Positions 1 to 7,122 are shown, counted from the stretch's first letter. The stretch: DNA of 64,000 nucleotides from Nanobdellota archaeon (GCA_042572295.1 JBHPFA010000002.1:64180-128179); one strand, 5' to 3'. Numbers and translations are program-made. Notes: generated by a model not told the origin, from the letters alone.

Positions 1-664
1 CAAAACTATGTCTTAAGGTGTGGGGTGTAATCTTCTTAGTGAACCCTGCTTTTTTAGATGAATTTTTCACTATTTTTTGAATATTTCTAGGAGTTAATGC
101 ATTAGTTTTTGAAAACAAAAGTATATTCTCTGGATATCTTTGCATGAAATCTCTTATCTGAGGGATAAGTTTTTCTGAAAGTATAAACACTCTGTCCTTT
201 TTCCCCTTTCCGGCCCTTACCCAGCCCACTTTTTCTTCTATATTTAGATCTTCTTTCTTAAGATTTACAAGCTCGCTTACTCTCAAACCTGAAGCGTAAA
301 GTAATGAGATAATTAATTTTGATTTTCTATTGTCTGAACCTTCAATAAGTTGGTCAACTTCCCCCTTTGTCAATACCCTTGGTAATCTTTTCTCTTTTTT
401 AGGTACTTCAATTTCTTGGAATATATCTTTCTTAAGAAGTTTTTCGTAAAAGAACCTCAATGAAGCAATAGCAAGTGAAAGTGTCGCTGTTGAAAGCTTA
501 TCCATGCTTGCTAGATAAGACTTAACGTCGTCGACACTTATTGCAGAAGCAGGCTTATTAATATACTCTAAGAATTTTTTATTGAAGAAAACATAATTCT
601 TGATGGTCTTAGCACTTTTTCTTCTTAAACGAAGTTCAGTTTCAAGTTTTCTTAGTTCTTCCAT
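1..664 (-). CDS. xerA: Tyrosine recombinase, XerA/XerC/XerD-like (partial; C-terminus lies beyond the left window edge)
   Basis: Not in the ORF track because no stop lies in the window. Reverse translation from the ATG at 664-662 gives MEELRKLETELRLRRKSAKTIKNYVFFNKKFLEYI...LLYASGLRVSELVNLK...GKGKKDRVF...ITPHTLRHSF. It has an N-terminal core-binding domain, the box I Arg (GLRVSEL) and the H-x-L-R-H box II motif. Confidence 0.85.
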   Translation of the reverse strand, partial: MEELRKLETELRLRRKSAKTIKNYVFFNKKFLEYINKPASAISVDDVKSYLASMDKLSTATLSLAIASLRFFYEKLLKKDIFQEIEVPKKEKRLPRVLTKGEVDQLIEGSDNRKSKLIISLLYASGLRVSELVNLKKEDLNIEEKVGWVRAGKGKKDRVFILSEKLIPQIRDFMQRYPENILLFSKTNALTPRNIQKIVKNSSKKAGFTKKITPHTLRHSF

Positions 665-785
665 CCTCTTTTGGGTATCCTCTCCTATACAAGACCCTAA
701 TGAAAACCCTATTTAAAGTTTCTCTAAGCATTTGGGAGTGTAGAAAGGTTTTAAAACGGTTTTTTCTATAAACAAGAGCTATAAA

Positions 786-1061
786 ATGGTTGGAACTAAG
801 ATAAGAAAATTAGATACTAAACAACTTGAATTAAGATTACCCCAACATGCTAATGATATTTATAATAAAGCCCTTGCTTGGTCAAATAAGACCTATTTAA
901 CACTTCAAAGGATTTGTGTTGAAAGAAAAGGCACTTTGAAAAAAGAAATTGAAGGTAAGAACTACTGTTTTGTTAGCCAATTTATGGGGCAAAAATGCCC
1001 TTATCAGACCTCTTCTAATGGCTCTGAGAAGAGTAAATTTTACTGCAATTATAAGATTTAA
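786..1061 (+). CDS. Hypothetical protein (91 aa)
   Basis: ORF only. A BRE/TATA-like gaaaggttttaaaacgg lies about 30 nt upstream. No family recognised. Confidence 0.3.
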   Translation: MVGTKIRKLDTKQLELRLPQHANDIYNKALAWSNKTYLTLQRICVERKGTLKKEIEGKNYCFVSQFMGQKCPYQTSSNGSEKSKFYCNYKI

Positions 1062-1069
1062 AATGGCCT

Positions 1070-1086
1070 TTTTATCGACGATAAAA
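1070..1086. repeat. Perfect palindrome TTTTATCG-A-CGATAAAA
   Basis: Read directly; 8+1+8 nt. Related ATCGACGAT cores occur at 4102-4110, 6233-6249 and 59806-59816. Function unknown. Confidence 0.5.
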
Positions 1087-1103
1087 GTGTTTTTTTACAA
1101 TGA

Positions 1104-1118
1104 GAAAGGTTTAAAAAG
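1104..1118 (+). promoter_or_regulatory. BRE/TATA-like promoter element (gaaaggtttaaaaag)
   Basis: The TATA-like tttaaaaa ends 22 nt before the ATG at 1139. The same architecture occurs before 4803, 7209, 17562 and 28928, implying leaderless transcripts. Confidence 0.45.
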
Positions 1119-1138
1119 GGTTATCGGGTTGATTTAGA

Positions 1139-1324
1139 ATGGCAATGTATGAAGTGCTAGACTCATTGAAAGGAAGACCAGGATTAGTCTTGGCTGCATT
1201 CATGGTTCAAATTGGTGTTATTATATTGTCTTTAGGAAAGAAAAAAGCAGTTTACAATATTGAGCAAAAAATAGAAAACAAACAAAGAATCGAAACTGCT
1301 TTAACAAATTATGGTCTTAAATAA
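1139..1324 (+). CDS. Small putative membrane protein (61 aa)
   Basis: A hydrophobic core (LVLAAFMVQIGVIILSL) and a promoter-like element 22 nt upstream. Confidence 0.35.
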   Translation: MAMYEVLDSLKGRPGLVLAAFMVQIGVIILSLGKKKAVYNIEQKIENKQRIETALTNYGLK

Positions 1325-1357
1325 ATAGACTTTCGGGCAGGCTAATTTCTGGGTAAA

Positions 1358-1696
1358 ATGACTGGTGTTCTAAAAAAAGAGAGCTATAGGGAATTAATGA
1401 CCAATACTGTTTCTCCAAGGGTTTCTAATTATTCTCTACCTAAGATCCAACAAAAACCAAAAGTAGGTGCTGGAATTTATGAAAATGGTATGAAGTATAT
1501 TGCTTTGGGTGCAATTGTTGGGGGTGCTTGTTTAATGAAGGCTGAAAATTTTATAGGTGGAGGGCTTTCAGGATTATTATTTATGGTGTCCTATATCGAA
1601 CATGCTTCTTGTAAAAATCAGAGAGAGAAAAATGAAAGAGGATTAGTAGAAAGGTTCGGGTTAGAAAACAGGGCTGGTGATCCAAAGTTAAACTAA
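1358..1696 (+). CDS. Hypothetical membrane protein (112 aa)
   Basis: Gly-rich hydrophobic segments (IALGAIVGGACLM, GGGLSGLLFMVSYI). No family recognised. Confidence 0.4.
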   Translation: MTGVLKKESYRELMTNTVSPRVSNYSLPKIQQKPKVGAGIYENGMKYIALGAIVGGACLMKAENFIGGGLSGLLFMVSYIEHASCKNQREKNERGLVERFGLENRAGDPKLN

Positions 1697-1733
1697 AGAC
1701 TTAAAAAGGGTCTTTTATTGAAATTATTATAAA

Positions 1734-2177
1734 ATGGTAATCAAAAAAGGAGACAAAGTAAAGGTTGAATACGAGGGAAAATTCGAAGACGGAACTGTTT
1801 TTGATTCTTCAACTCATGGAGACCATTCACATCCAATAGAGTTTGTTGTTGGAACTGGACAAGTTGTCAAAGGATTTGACAATGCAGTTGAAGGAATGGA
1901 AAAAGACCAAGAGAAAGAATTTACAGTTTCTCCAGATGAAGGATATGGGCAACCAAATCCTGAATTGAAGAAAGAAATTCCACGTACAGTTTTACCTAAA
2001 GACCAAGAACCAAAAGTTGGTGCAATGTTGGTTATGGGAATGCCTAATGGGCAACAAATCCCTGCGAAGATAGTTGCTATTGAAAAAGATACAGTAACTC
2101 TTGACTTAAACCACCCACTAGCTGGAAAGAAATTGCTCTTTAAAGTAAAAGTTGTAGAGATAGAAGCTGGAAAGTAA
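1734..2177 (+). CDS. FKBP-type peptidyl-prolyl cis-trans isomerase (short archaeal/SlyD-like type with IF insert)
   Basis: GDKVKVEYEGKFEDGTVFDSS...PIEFVVGTGQVVKGFDNAVEGM...LDLNHPLAGKKLLFKVKVVEI is the classic FKBP/SlyD signature. Confidence 0.9.
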   Translation: MVIKKGDKVKVEYEGKFEDGTVFDSSTHGDHSHPIEFVVGTGQVVKGFDNAVEGMEKDQEKEFTVSPDEGYGQPNPELKKEIPRTVLPKDQEPKVGAMLVMGMPNGQQIPAKIVAIEKDTVTLDLNHPLAGKKLLFKVKVVEIEAGK

Positions 2178-2181
2178 TACG

Positions 2182-2637
2182 ATGAAACTCGCTATAAAGC
2201 CCTTGAAATTAGGCCGGGGCGGCCATAGAAGAAGGACCCCCTCTGGAAACTTAGCTCTTGCTTATTCAAGATTTCCTATTAATCCTATTTCAAACAAACT
2301 TGTAAGGGTAGTAAAAGACGAGAACCCTCATGTTGCAAAAAGAGTTTATAGTGGTCCTGGGAGTGGATTTTTTGAAGAGTTGTGTTTTATAACTTACATG
2401 GAGACTCAGAAAGCAAAAAAACTTTATGGAGAATCAAACAAGTATTCTCATAAATATGGCTTCAAGTTTCAAGGTACGAGAATTTCTTATGAAAAGAAAG
2501 CAATGGTCTATGGGTGTAATACTGTTTGGGAAGCAAAAGTTTTTGTAAATGGATATCAAAGAAATGTTGATAGTGCTTTGACAAAGATAGTATTTGATGC
2601 TAAAAAATTCATGATTGACGAAAAAAGTCTAAACTGA
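2182..2637 (+). CDS. Hypothetical protein (151 aa)
   Basis: ORF with a basic N-terminus. No family recognised. Confidence 0.4.
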   Translation: MKLAIKPLKLGRGGHRRRTPSGNLALAYSRFPINPISNKLVRVVKDENPHVAKRVYSGPGSGFFEELCFITYMETQKAKKLYGESNKYSHKYGFKFQGTRISYEKKAMVYGCNTVWEAKVFVNGYQRNVDSALTKIVFDAKKFMIDEKSLN

Positions 2638-2704
2638 GAGTTGAATTCTAAAGTATGTTCTTCAATGGGGAAATGGTTAAAAAGGAAAGTTAGGAGGTAT
2701 ATCT

Positions 2705-2857
2705 ATGAAAAAATTGAGGAAATTAGGAGGGCATTTAACCTCTACAGAATATTATATTGCTGAAACTAGGGAAGTTGTTAAAGTTAGAAAACTTGGAAGC
2801 CCTATAAAATTGGACTTAAAGATTGGAGGTAAAAAAGACAGATTTGTTGTAATGTAA
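2705..2857 (+). CDS. Small hypothetical protein (50 aa, below ORF-track cut-off)
   Basis: MKKLRKLGGHLTSTEYYIAETREVVKVRKLGSPIKLDLKIGGKKDRFVVM. A strong SD-like aggaggt lies 6 nt upstream. Its stop is 1 nt before the ATG at 2859. Confidence 0.3.
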   Translation: MKKLRKLGGHLTSTEYYIAETREVVKVRKLGSPIKLDLKIGGKKDRFVVM

Positions 2858-2858
2858 A

Positions 2859-3197
2859 ATGGGAGAAATAGCTAATAGATTAAGAGATAAGATGATTCTT
2901 TATATTGGAAAGGGGTCAAAGAACCTATACTTGGATACTCCAGAAAAGGACTTGATGGATAGGGTTTTGAAAAAATGTGAAAGGACCGGTAAGCCTGCCT
3001 GTATTAGATTAAAGGGGAAAATTGGGATGGAGTTTAAAGAGATGTTTAATTATGATCAAGAGTATGTTTACTTTGGAGGGAAGCCCTTGGTAACAAGTAA
3101 TATTCCAGAATATAGATTAAGAAAACATTTGAAAGGCGTCCCACCACATCTTAAGGGACTTGCCACTAGTTATTTGGATGGTGGAAAGCAAAACTAA
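2859..3197 (+). CDS. Hypothetical protein (112 aa)
   Basis: ORF only. No family recognised. Confidence 0.4.
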   Translation: MGEIANRLRDKMILYIGKGSKNLYLDTPEKDLMDRVLKKCERTGKPACIRLKGKIGMEFKEMFNYDQEYVYFGGKPLVTSNIPEYRLRKHLKGVPPHLKGLATSYLDGGKQN

Positions 3198-3220
3198 TGA
3201 TTAAAAGTTTTAAATGAGAC

Positions 3221-3436
3221 ATGGTAAAGTTCAAATACAATAATATTGAAGAATTGATGGCAGATCCAGTTAAAGAGAAAGATCTCCAAAAAGAAGATCA
3301 AGACCATATTGTTGGAAAGCCAATAGAATATTGGAGGGCTGTCAAGGTCCAAGATAGGGGTGATATAATGGTTGCAAAGTATAGGCTGAATGAAAATGGT
3401 GAATTTATTTACCAAAAACCTAGGGATATCCACTAA
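3221..3436 (+). CDS. Hypothetical protein (71 aa)
   Basis: ORF only; acidic/lysine-rich. Confidence 0.35.
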   Translation: MVKFKYNNIEELMADPVKEKDLQKEDQDHIVGKPIEYWRAVKVQDRGDIMVAKYRLNENGEFIYQKPRDIH

Positions 3437-3598
3437 ATATCAGTTCGCTTAATCAATGTTGTACGAACTATTGGGGCTTAGGAGGAGTTTTTAGCTATTT
3501 TGTGGCTAGTTTTGAAAGACTTGTGATATCTGACCTATCAAGGTGTAAGTTATTGGGATTTTGAGGGAATTTTTCTGCAAAAAAGCACTGATTTTTTG

Positions 3599-3646
3599 GA
3601 TTTTACTCATGCTAAAACTTTTAGCTGATGATTAAAGGTTTTAGCT
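3599..3646. repeat. 48-bp direct repeat, copy 1
   Basis: gattttactcatgctaaaacttttagctgatgattaaaggttttagct is identical to 4016-4063. It contains the palindrome GCTAAAA-C-TTTTAGC and abuts the stop of the 3645..3881 gene. Confidence 0.9.
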
Positions 3647-3881
3647 ATCTGTTTTTCTTACCATAAAGCAAGTTTTCCCAGTAAGTTAATACCTGCCAAA
3701 ATAGGGCAATTAATCCAGATACTAATAAAAGTAAGAAAATGAACTCAAAAAGTGTGGCATCTTCTGGTAGTCCAATTATTGGAACCAAAATTAAGAAAGC
3801 GACTGCACCCATGATAGCACCCTTTTGCCAAGGCCTTCTATTTTGCCACCAATTTTTCTTGATTCTTTGCTTTTTTGCCAT
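3645..3881 (-). CDS. Small membrane protein (78 aa)
   Basis: Basic N-terminus MAKKQRIKKNWWQNRRPWQK followed by two hydrophobic helices. Preferred over the overlapping + ORF 3739..3921. Confidence 0.45.
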   Translation of the reverse strand: MAKKQRIKKNWWQNRRPWQKGAIMGAVAFLILVPIIGLPEDATLFEFIFLLLLVSGLIALFWQVLTYWENLLYGKKNR

Positions 3882-4015
3882 CTTTTATGAACTATTCAGG
3901 AGTTTTTATAGATCTCTGTGAAAGTTAGCTGGTTCTGGCTGGATATATGTGATTTCGCAGTGTGTTTTTGTGATTTTTGACCGGCCTTTGGCCAGATTTT
4001 TGCTGGATTTTTGTT

Positions 4016-4063
4016 GATTTTACTCATGCTAAAACTTTTAGCTGATGATTAAAGGTTTTAGCT
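4016..4063. repeat. 48-bp direct repeat, copy 2
   Basis: Identical to 3599-3646. It lies just 3' of the minus-strand pair 4100..4396 / 4397..4633. Confidence 0.9.
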
Positions 4064-4099
4064 TTTAAAGTTATGAAAATGCGTTGGTTTTTCGTATTT

Positions 4100-4396
4100 T
4101 TATCGACGATTTTTTGACGTTTCTAAAGGGGTATCCCCATATGCTCCGGAAGTGTCAAAACAATAGGGGCAATCTCCAAAAATTTTTCTCCCTTTTGTTA
4201 AAGGAGCACGACATTTACCAGGCTTTACAATATATTCACAATCTTTTACCTTGCCTTCTAATTGATGGGTGAAAGAATCATATCCAATAAAAATTTGGGG
4301 ATTTGCAGGAGTTGTTAAGCAGCCTTCCCCTTCCTCAGTTCTTCCACTACATAAGAGATTACTGAGATCTATTCTAAGAGGAGATTTTTTACCCAT
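4100..4396 (-). CDS. Cys-rich small protein (98 aa)
   Basis: Six Cys, including CPYC. Its start directly abuts the stop of 4397..4633, so they are probably co-transcribed. Confidence 0.4.
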   Translation of the reverse strand: MGKKSPLRIDLSNLLCSGRTEEGEGCLTTPANPQIFIGYDSFTHQLEGKVKDCEYIVKPGKCRAPLTKGRKIFGDCPYCFDTSGAYGDTPLETSKNRR

Positions 4397-4633
4397 TTAT
4401 TTCTTCCTTTTATTTCTTTTTTTGTATTTTCTATGGGCCCAACCTACTGCTGAGCCGATTACTGCTCCAAGTAATGTGATAATCAAAATTGTGATAATTA
4501 TTGCCAAAAGCCTAACCACGATTGGCACTACAAAGTAAGCAACAATTAATAAAAATGCAATCAAGGCCCCTCTTGGTCCTGCGTCTAAATTATCCCAAAG
4601 CATTCTCCATCCAGTTATTTCGTTTTTTGCCAT
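4397..4633 (-). CDS. Small membrane protein (78 aa)
   Basis: MAKNEITGW..., a long hydrophobic core, then the basic tail HRKYKKRNKRKK. Preferred over the + ORF 4269..4538. Confidence 0.45.
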   Translation of the reverse strand: MAKNEITGWRMLWDNLDAGPRGALIAFLLIVAYFVVPIVVRLLAIIITILIITLLGAVIGSAVGWAHRKYKKRNKRKK

Positions 4634-4689
4634 TTTTCTCTTTTTTATTTTACCGTCGACAAACAGCTTTTTAGCAAAATGATGAGGGC

Positions 4690-4727
4690 TGTTTAAGCTG
4701 TTTAAACAGTTGTTTAAGGGTGTTTAA
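4690..4727. promoter_or_regulatory. Array of four phased TGTTTAA boxes (putative operator) in a divergent intergenic region
   Basis: TGTTTAA occurs at 4690, 4699, 4711 and 4721 (spacing 9/12/10 bp), including the palindromic CTGTTTAAACAG. The array lies between the divergent starts at 4633 (-) and 4803 (+). Confidence 0.55.
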
Positions 4728-4802
4728 AGTTAATAAATCTTTGCTTATAATAAGAATATCTAACGAAGGATTTAAATACTAGAAATGGCCTATTTATAGA
4801 CG

Positions 4803-5426
4803 ATGGTTTGGTGGTTATTTTCGTCAAAAGAGGAGCACAATGACCTTAAGACAGAGGTTAAACAGGCTTTCTCAGCGGTTAAAGGTGATCTAAAGAAGGC
4901 TTCTGATTGGATCACTCATTTAAACACCCGTGACAAACACCATGAACATGGTGTTGAAGAGATACATGAGCGTTTATCCTCTATGGAAGAGGAGATTTCT
5001 GAAATGAAAGGCTTTATTGCTTTCTTTTCTACTAAGATGTCCAAACAGCTGTTTAAACAGCGTCAAACAGGTGTTCATAAACAGACAGCTGTTGAAGGTG
5101 TCCAAACACCTGTTCAAACAGCTGTCCAAAGTTCATTTTTACAAAATTTGAGTGTTATGGAAAGAGCAATTGTATGGACTTTACTGAATACTGACCTGAA
5201 ATTGAGTTGTGATGATATATCTTCAATTTTGAACAAAGAGAGGAGTACAGTTAGGGGACAGATCAATTCAATAAAACAGAAGAGTGAGGGCCTTATAGAT
5301 GAGGTCTTAGAAAAGAGTGGAAAAAAGCGATTTTTTATACCTGAAGAGGTAAGGGAAACAGTATTCTCGAAGATGAAAGCTGATAAGGGCTCAAGGAAAA
5401 AACGAAAAAGAGAGAGTGAGTATTAA
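4803..5426 (+). CDS. Coiled-coil / winged-helix DNA-binding protein (paralog of 5991..6779)
   Basis: N-terminal heptad-like region, a Q/K/T/V-rich linker, a C-terminal wHTH-like segment (MERAIVWTLLNTDLKLSCDDISSILNKERSTVRGQINSIKQK) and a shared tail motif (FFIPEEVR versus LKIPPELR in the paralog). TATA-like tttaaata lies at 4771-4778. Confidence 0.55.
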   Translation: MVWWLFSSKEEHNDLKTEVKQAFSAVKGDLKKASDWITHLNTRDKHHEHGVEEIHERLSSMEEEISEMKGFIAFFSTKMSKQLFKQRQTGVHKQTAVEGVQTPVQTAVQSSFLQNLSVMERAIVWTLLNTDLKLSCDDISSILNKERSTVRGQINSIKQKSEGLIDEVLEKSGKKRFFIPEEVRETVFSKMKADKGSRKKRKRESEY

Positions 5427-5430
5427 GCAG

Positions 5431-5483
5431 TTAAACGAACTTCTATTTCTAATTAAACGAACTAAGATGCATGTTAAACGAAC
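5431..5483. repeat. Three direct iterons TTAAACGAACT
   Basis: Copies start at 5431, 5453 and 5474 (spacing 22 and 21 bp), immediately after the stop of 4803..5426. Confidence 0.85.
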
Positions 5484-5489
5484 TAAATG

Positions 5490-5900
5490 ACGACAAAATG
5501 AAAAAAGTGAGAGTTAGAAAGTATGAATAAAGGGTAGAAAATGGTAAAAATGAGCGAAAAGAGGCTTAAGTGTGGCAAAAAGTGAGAGATCTGGGTAGAT
5601 ATAAGGCAGGATAGTAGGAAGTGGGGCCTAAAGGGGAGAAAAATAGGCCATTTTAGAGCAAAAAGTGAGGAATAAGTACGCTTAATCGATAAGTGTGGTA
5701 TGAAAATAGTGAAAAATGAGGTATTTTGATAAAAATAGAGGTTTATGTAGGAAAGAAAGTCCAGTTTTGGTAAGAAAGTGAGAGATAAGCTAGTTAATCG
5801 GTTAAACGAAAAACTGCAGTTTTTAAGGCTTAAACTACTTTGGAGGACAATTTGACTTATTTTGGGTGGTAAGTTGAAAGGAATGTGAGATTTTCTCACA
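5490..5900. repeat. Purine-rich (C-poor on + strand) non-coding region with dispersed AAAGTGAGAG repeats
   Basis: AAAGTGAG(A/G)G occurs at 5504, 5578, 5662 and 5775. TTAAGTGTGG/ATAAGTGTGG occurs at about 5567 and 5689. An inverted GTGAG-ATTTT-CTCAC lies at 5885-5899. The 138-aa minus ORF here is low-complexity and judged spurious. Confidence 0.7.
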
Positions 5901-5990
5901 CTTTGATCCTAAAGTTAACAAAAAATCGCTGATTTTTCATAAAAATATTCCTTAAATTTTTGTAGAATTAAGCCTTAATTCATCAAATTC

Positions 5991-6779
5991 TTAATCTCTA
6001 GTAAATTTATTTAGATCTGTATCTTTACTCAGTCCTCTGATACGCATAAGATTGTCTAACGTAGCCAGATTCCGTAGTTCTGGAGGTATTTTTAGTACAG
6101 TAGTCTTATTATTTAGCCTATTTTTGAGTATTGGTATGCCTTTTTGAGTAATCCTTCTTATATAGTCCCTAATGCTGGAAGAGGTTAAACTAGTCCTTAC
6201 AGCGAGATCTTGATAAGTTACTTGATTTTGTGTTTTATCGACGGTAAAAAGCACTGAAAATATGAAGAATTCTTGCTTCGTTAATGACTCAAATTTCTGC
6301 TTTAAGTCTGATTTCAGTGTGTCCATGAGTTTGGTTAAGTTGCTTATTTGAGTATTTTGTTCGCTTTTATCTGTCGAAGTGTCGAAGAATGTGTCTATGT
6401 GTCGAAGTTTTTCAGGGATGTGTCGAAGATGTGTCGAAGAATGTGTCGAAGTTTCGGGTTGAGGGTTTTGATGAATAGTCGGTTTACCGTCGAGTGGAAA
6501 TAAGGGGGTGTTGTCTGTCTGTGTGTCTATGTGTCGAAGTGTCTGAACCCCTTCATTTCCAGTGGAACTTTCTGGTAAAAGGTTCGTTTTAATTGAGTTA
6601 TTCGGTATTTGGGGAAGTTCTTCTGGATTCATAGACTTTTTTACTAGAATATCATAACGAAGTTCGTTTAATTCTTCTTTTAGTCTGTTAATTTCTTCTT
6701 TTATCCCTTTAATTTCAGAAAAAAATGAAATTTCTTCCTCTTTTTCATTATTTCTAGGATCCATGAATGAGTAGAACAC
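5991..6779 (-). CDS. Coiled-coil / winged-helix DNA-binding protein (paralog of 4803..5426)
   Basis: N-terminal coiled coil (EEINRLKEELNELRYD), a repeat-bearing linker and a C-terminal wHTH-like segment (VTYQDLAVRTSLTSSSIRDYIRRITQKGIPIL). Confidence 0.55.
   Translation of the reverse strand: MFYSFMDPRNNEKEEEISFFSEIKGIKEEINRLKEELNELRYDILVKKSMNPEELPQIPNNSIKTNLLPESSTGNEGVQTLRHIDTQTDNTPLFPLDGKPTIHQNPQPETSTHSSTHLRHIPEKLRHIDTFFDTSTDKSEQNTQISNLTKLMDTLKSDLKQKFESLTKQEFFIFSVLFTVDKTQNQVTYQDLAVRTSLTSSSIRDYIRRITQKGIPILKNRLNNKTTVLKIPPELRNLATLDNLMRIRGLSKDTDLNKFTRD
6371..6541. repeat. Seven copies of (T)GTGTCGAAG embedded in the 5991..6779 coding region
   Basis: GTCGAAG starts at 6373, 6381, 6401, 6422, 6433, 6445 and 6533. 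On the coding strand CTTCGACAC is read in all three frames (TSTH, SSTH, LRHI, FFDT). Confidence 0.85.
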
Positions 6780-6813
6780 AATTAGCTTAAATATTTTGTT
6801 GTATCTGATTGGA

Positions 6814-7122
6814 TTATATATAAGTGTGGTCTTTCTCGTCGTATTTTAGGTTTTGATCATGTACTCTTTGGTATGCTTGGAAAGTATTATTTGTTAATCT
6901 CCAACGTATTCTTCTCAAATAAATTACTCCGCTTGCATTTTTTTTCACGCCAGCGATAAGATTTCCTTTCTCCATTTCAATAAGAAGTCTTTTTAGAAAC
7001 TCTTCATCTCTTGCCATATGCATAGCAATCTCCGACGTGAAAAGGGCTTTCGGAGAGTTTCTAAATAGAACAGACAGTACCTCTTCTTTAATACGATCAA
7101 TTTTATCTTGAGATATTCGCAT
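6814..7122 (-). CDS. Small winged-helix protein (102 aa)
   Basis: SPKALFTSEIAMHMARDEEFLKRLLIEMEKGNLIAGVKK...IRWRLT has an HTH-plus-wing-like pattern. Confidence 0.5.
   Translation of the reverse strand: MRISQDKIDRIKEEVLSVLFRNSPKALFTSEIAMHMARDEEFLKRLLIEMEKGNLIAGVKKNASGVIYLRRIRWRLTNNTFQAYQRVHDQNLKYDEKDHTYI

Noticed and set aside
2218-2228. GGCGGCCATAG, the characteristic 5' start of archaeal 5S rRNA, within a locally GC-rich patch.
   Set aside because: Downstream sequence does not continue like 5S: there is no loop C/helix III consensus. No complementary GGCCGCC 3' strand occurs within ~130 nt. The patch lies inside a plausible ORF (2182..2637), so I treat it as coincidence.
3624-3634. A C-box-like CTGATGA (UGAUGA plus an overlapping CUGA) inside the 48-bp repeat, suggesting a C/D box sRNA.
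   Set aside because: No D box (CUGA) or C'/D' pair occurs at the right distance downstream in either copy, and the flanks after the repeat differ.
3739-4538. Plus-strand ORFs 3739..3921, 4084..4272 and 4269..4538, as alternatives to the minus-strand small genes.
   Set aside because: The minus-strand products have coherent membrane-protein profiles with charged termini and are arranged as an abutting operon. The plus-strand translations are irregular. This choice remains uncertain.
4648-4662. The exact 15-mer TTTACCGTCGACAAA is repeated at 51514-51528. Related TTTACCGTCGA copies lie at 6483-6493 and, on the minus strand, 6233-6249.
   Set aside because: A few exact 15-mer pairs are expected by chance among all word pairs in 64 kb on both strands. 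The 51.5-kb and 6.2-kb copies simply encode the peptide FTVDK, so this is not convincing as a functional motif.
5483-5899. A 138-aa minus-strand ORF covering the purine-rich region.
   Set aside because: The translation is low-complexity Ser/Leu/Phe/Pro with no start context. The ORF exists only because the pyrimidine-rich strand lacks stop codons. I treat the region as non-coding repeats.
5431-6541. Short direct repeats (iterons, GTGTCGAAG units) considered as a possible CRISPR array.
   Set aside because: The units are only 9-11 bp with irregular 8-22 bp spacing, there are no spacer-sized unique segments, and no cas genes are present. This is not CRISPR.
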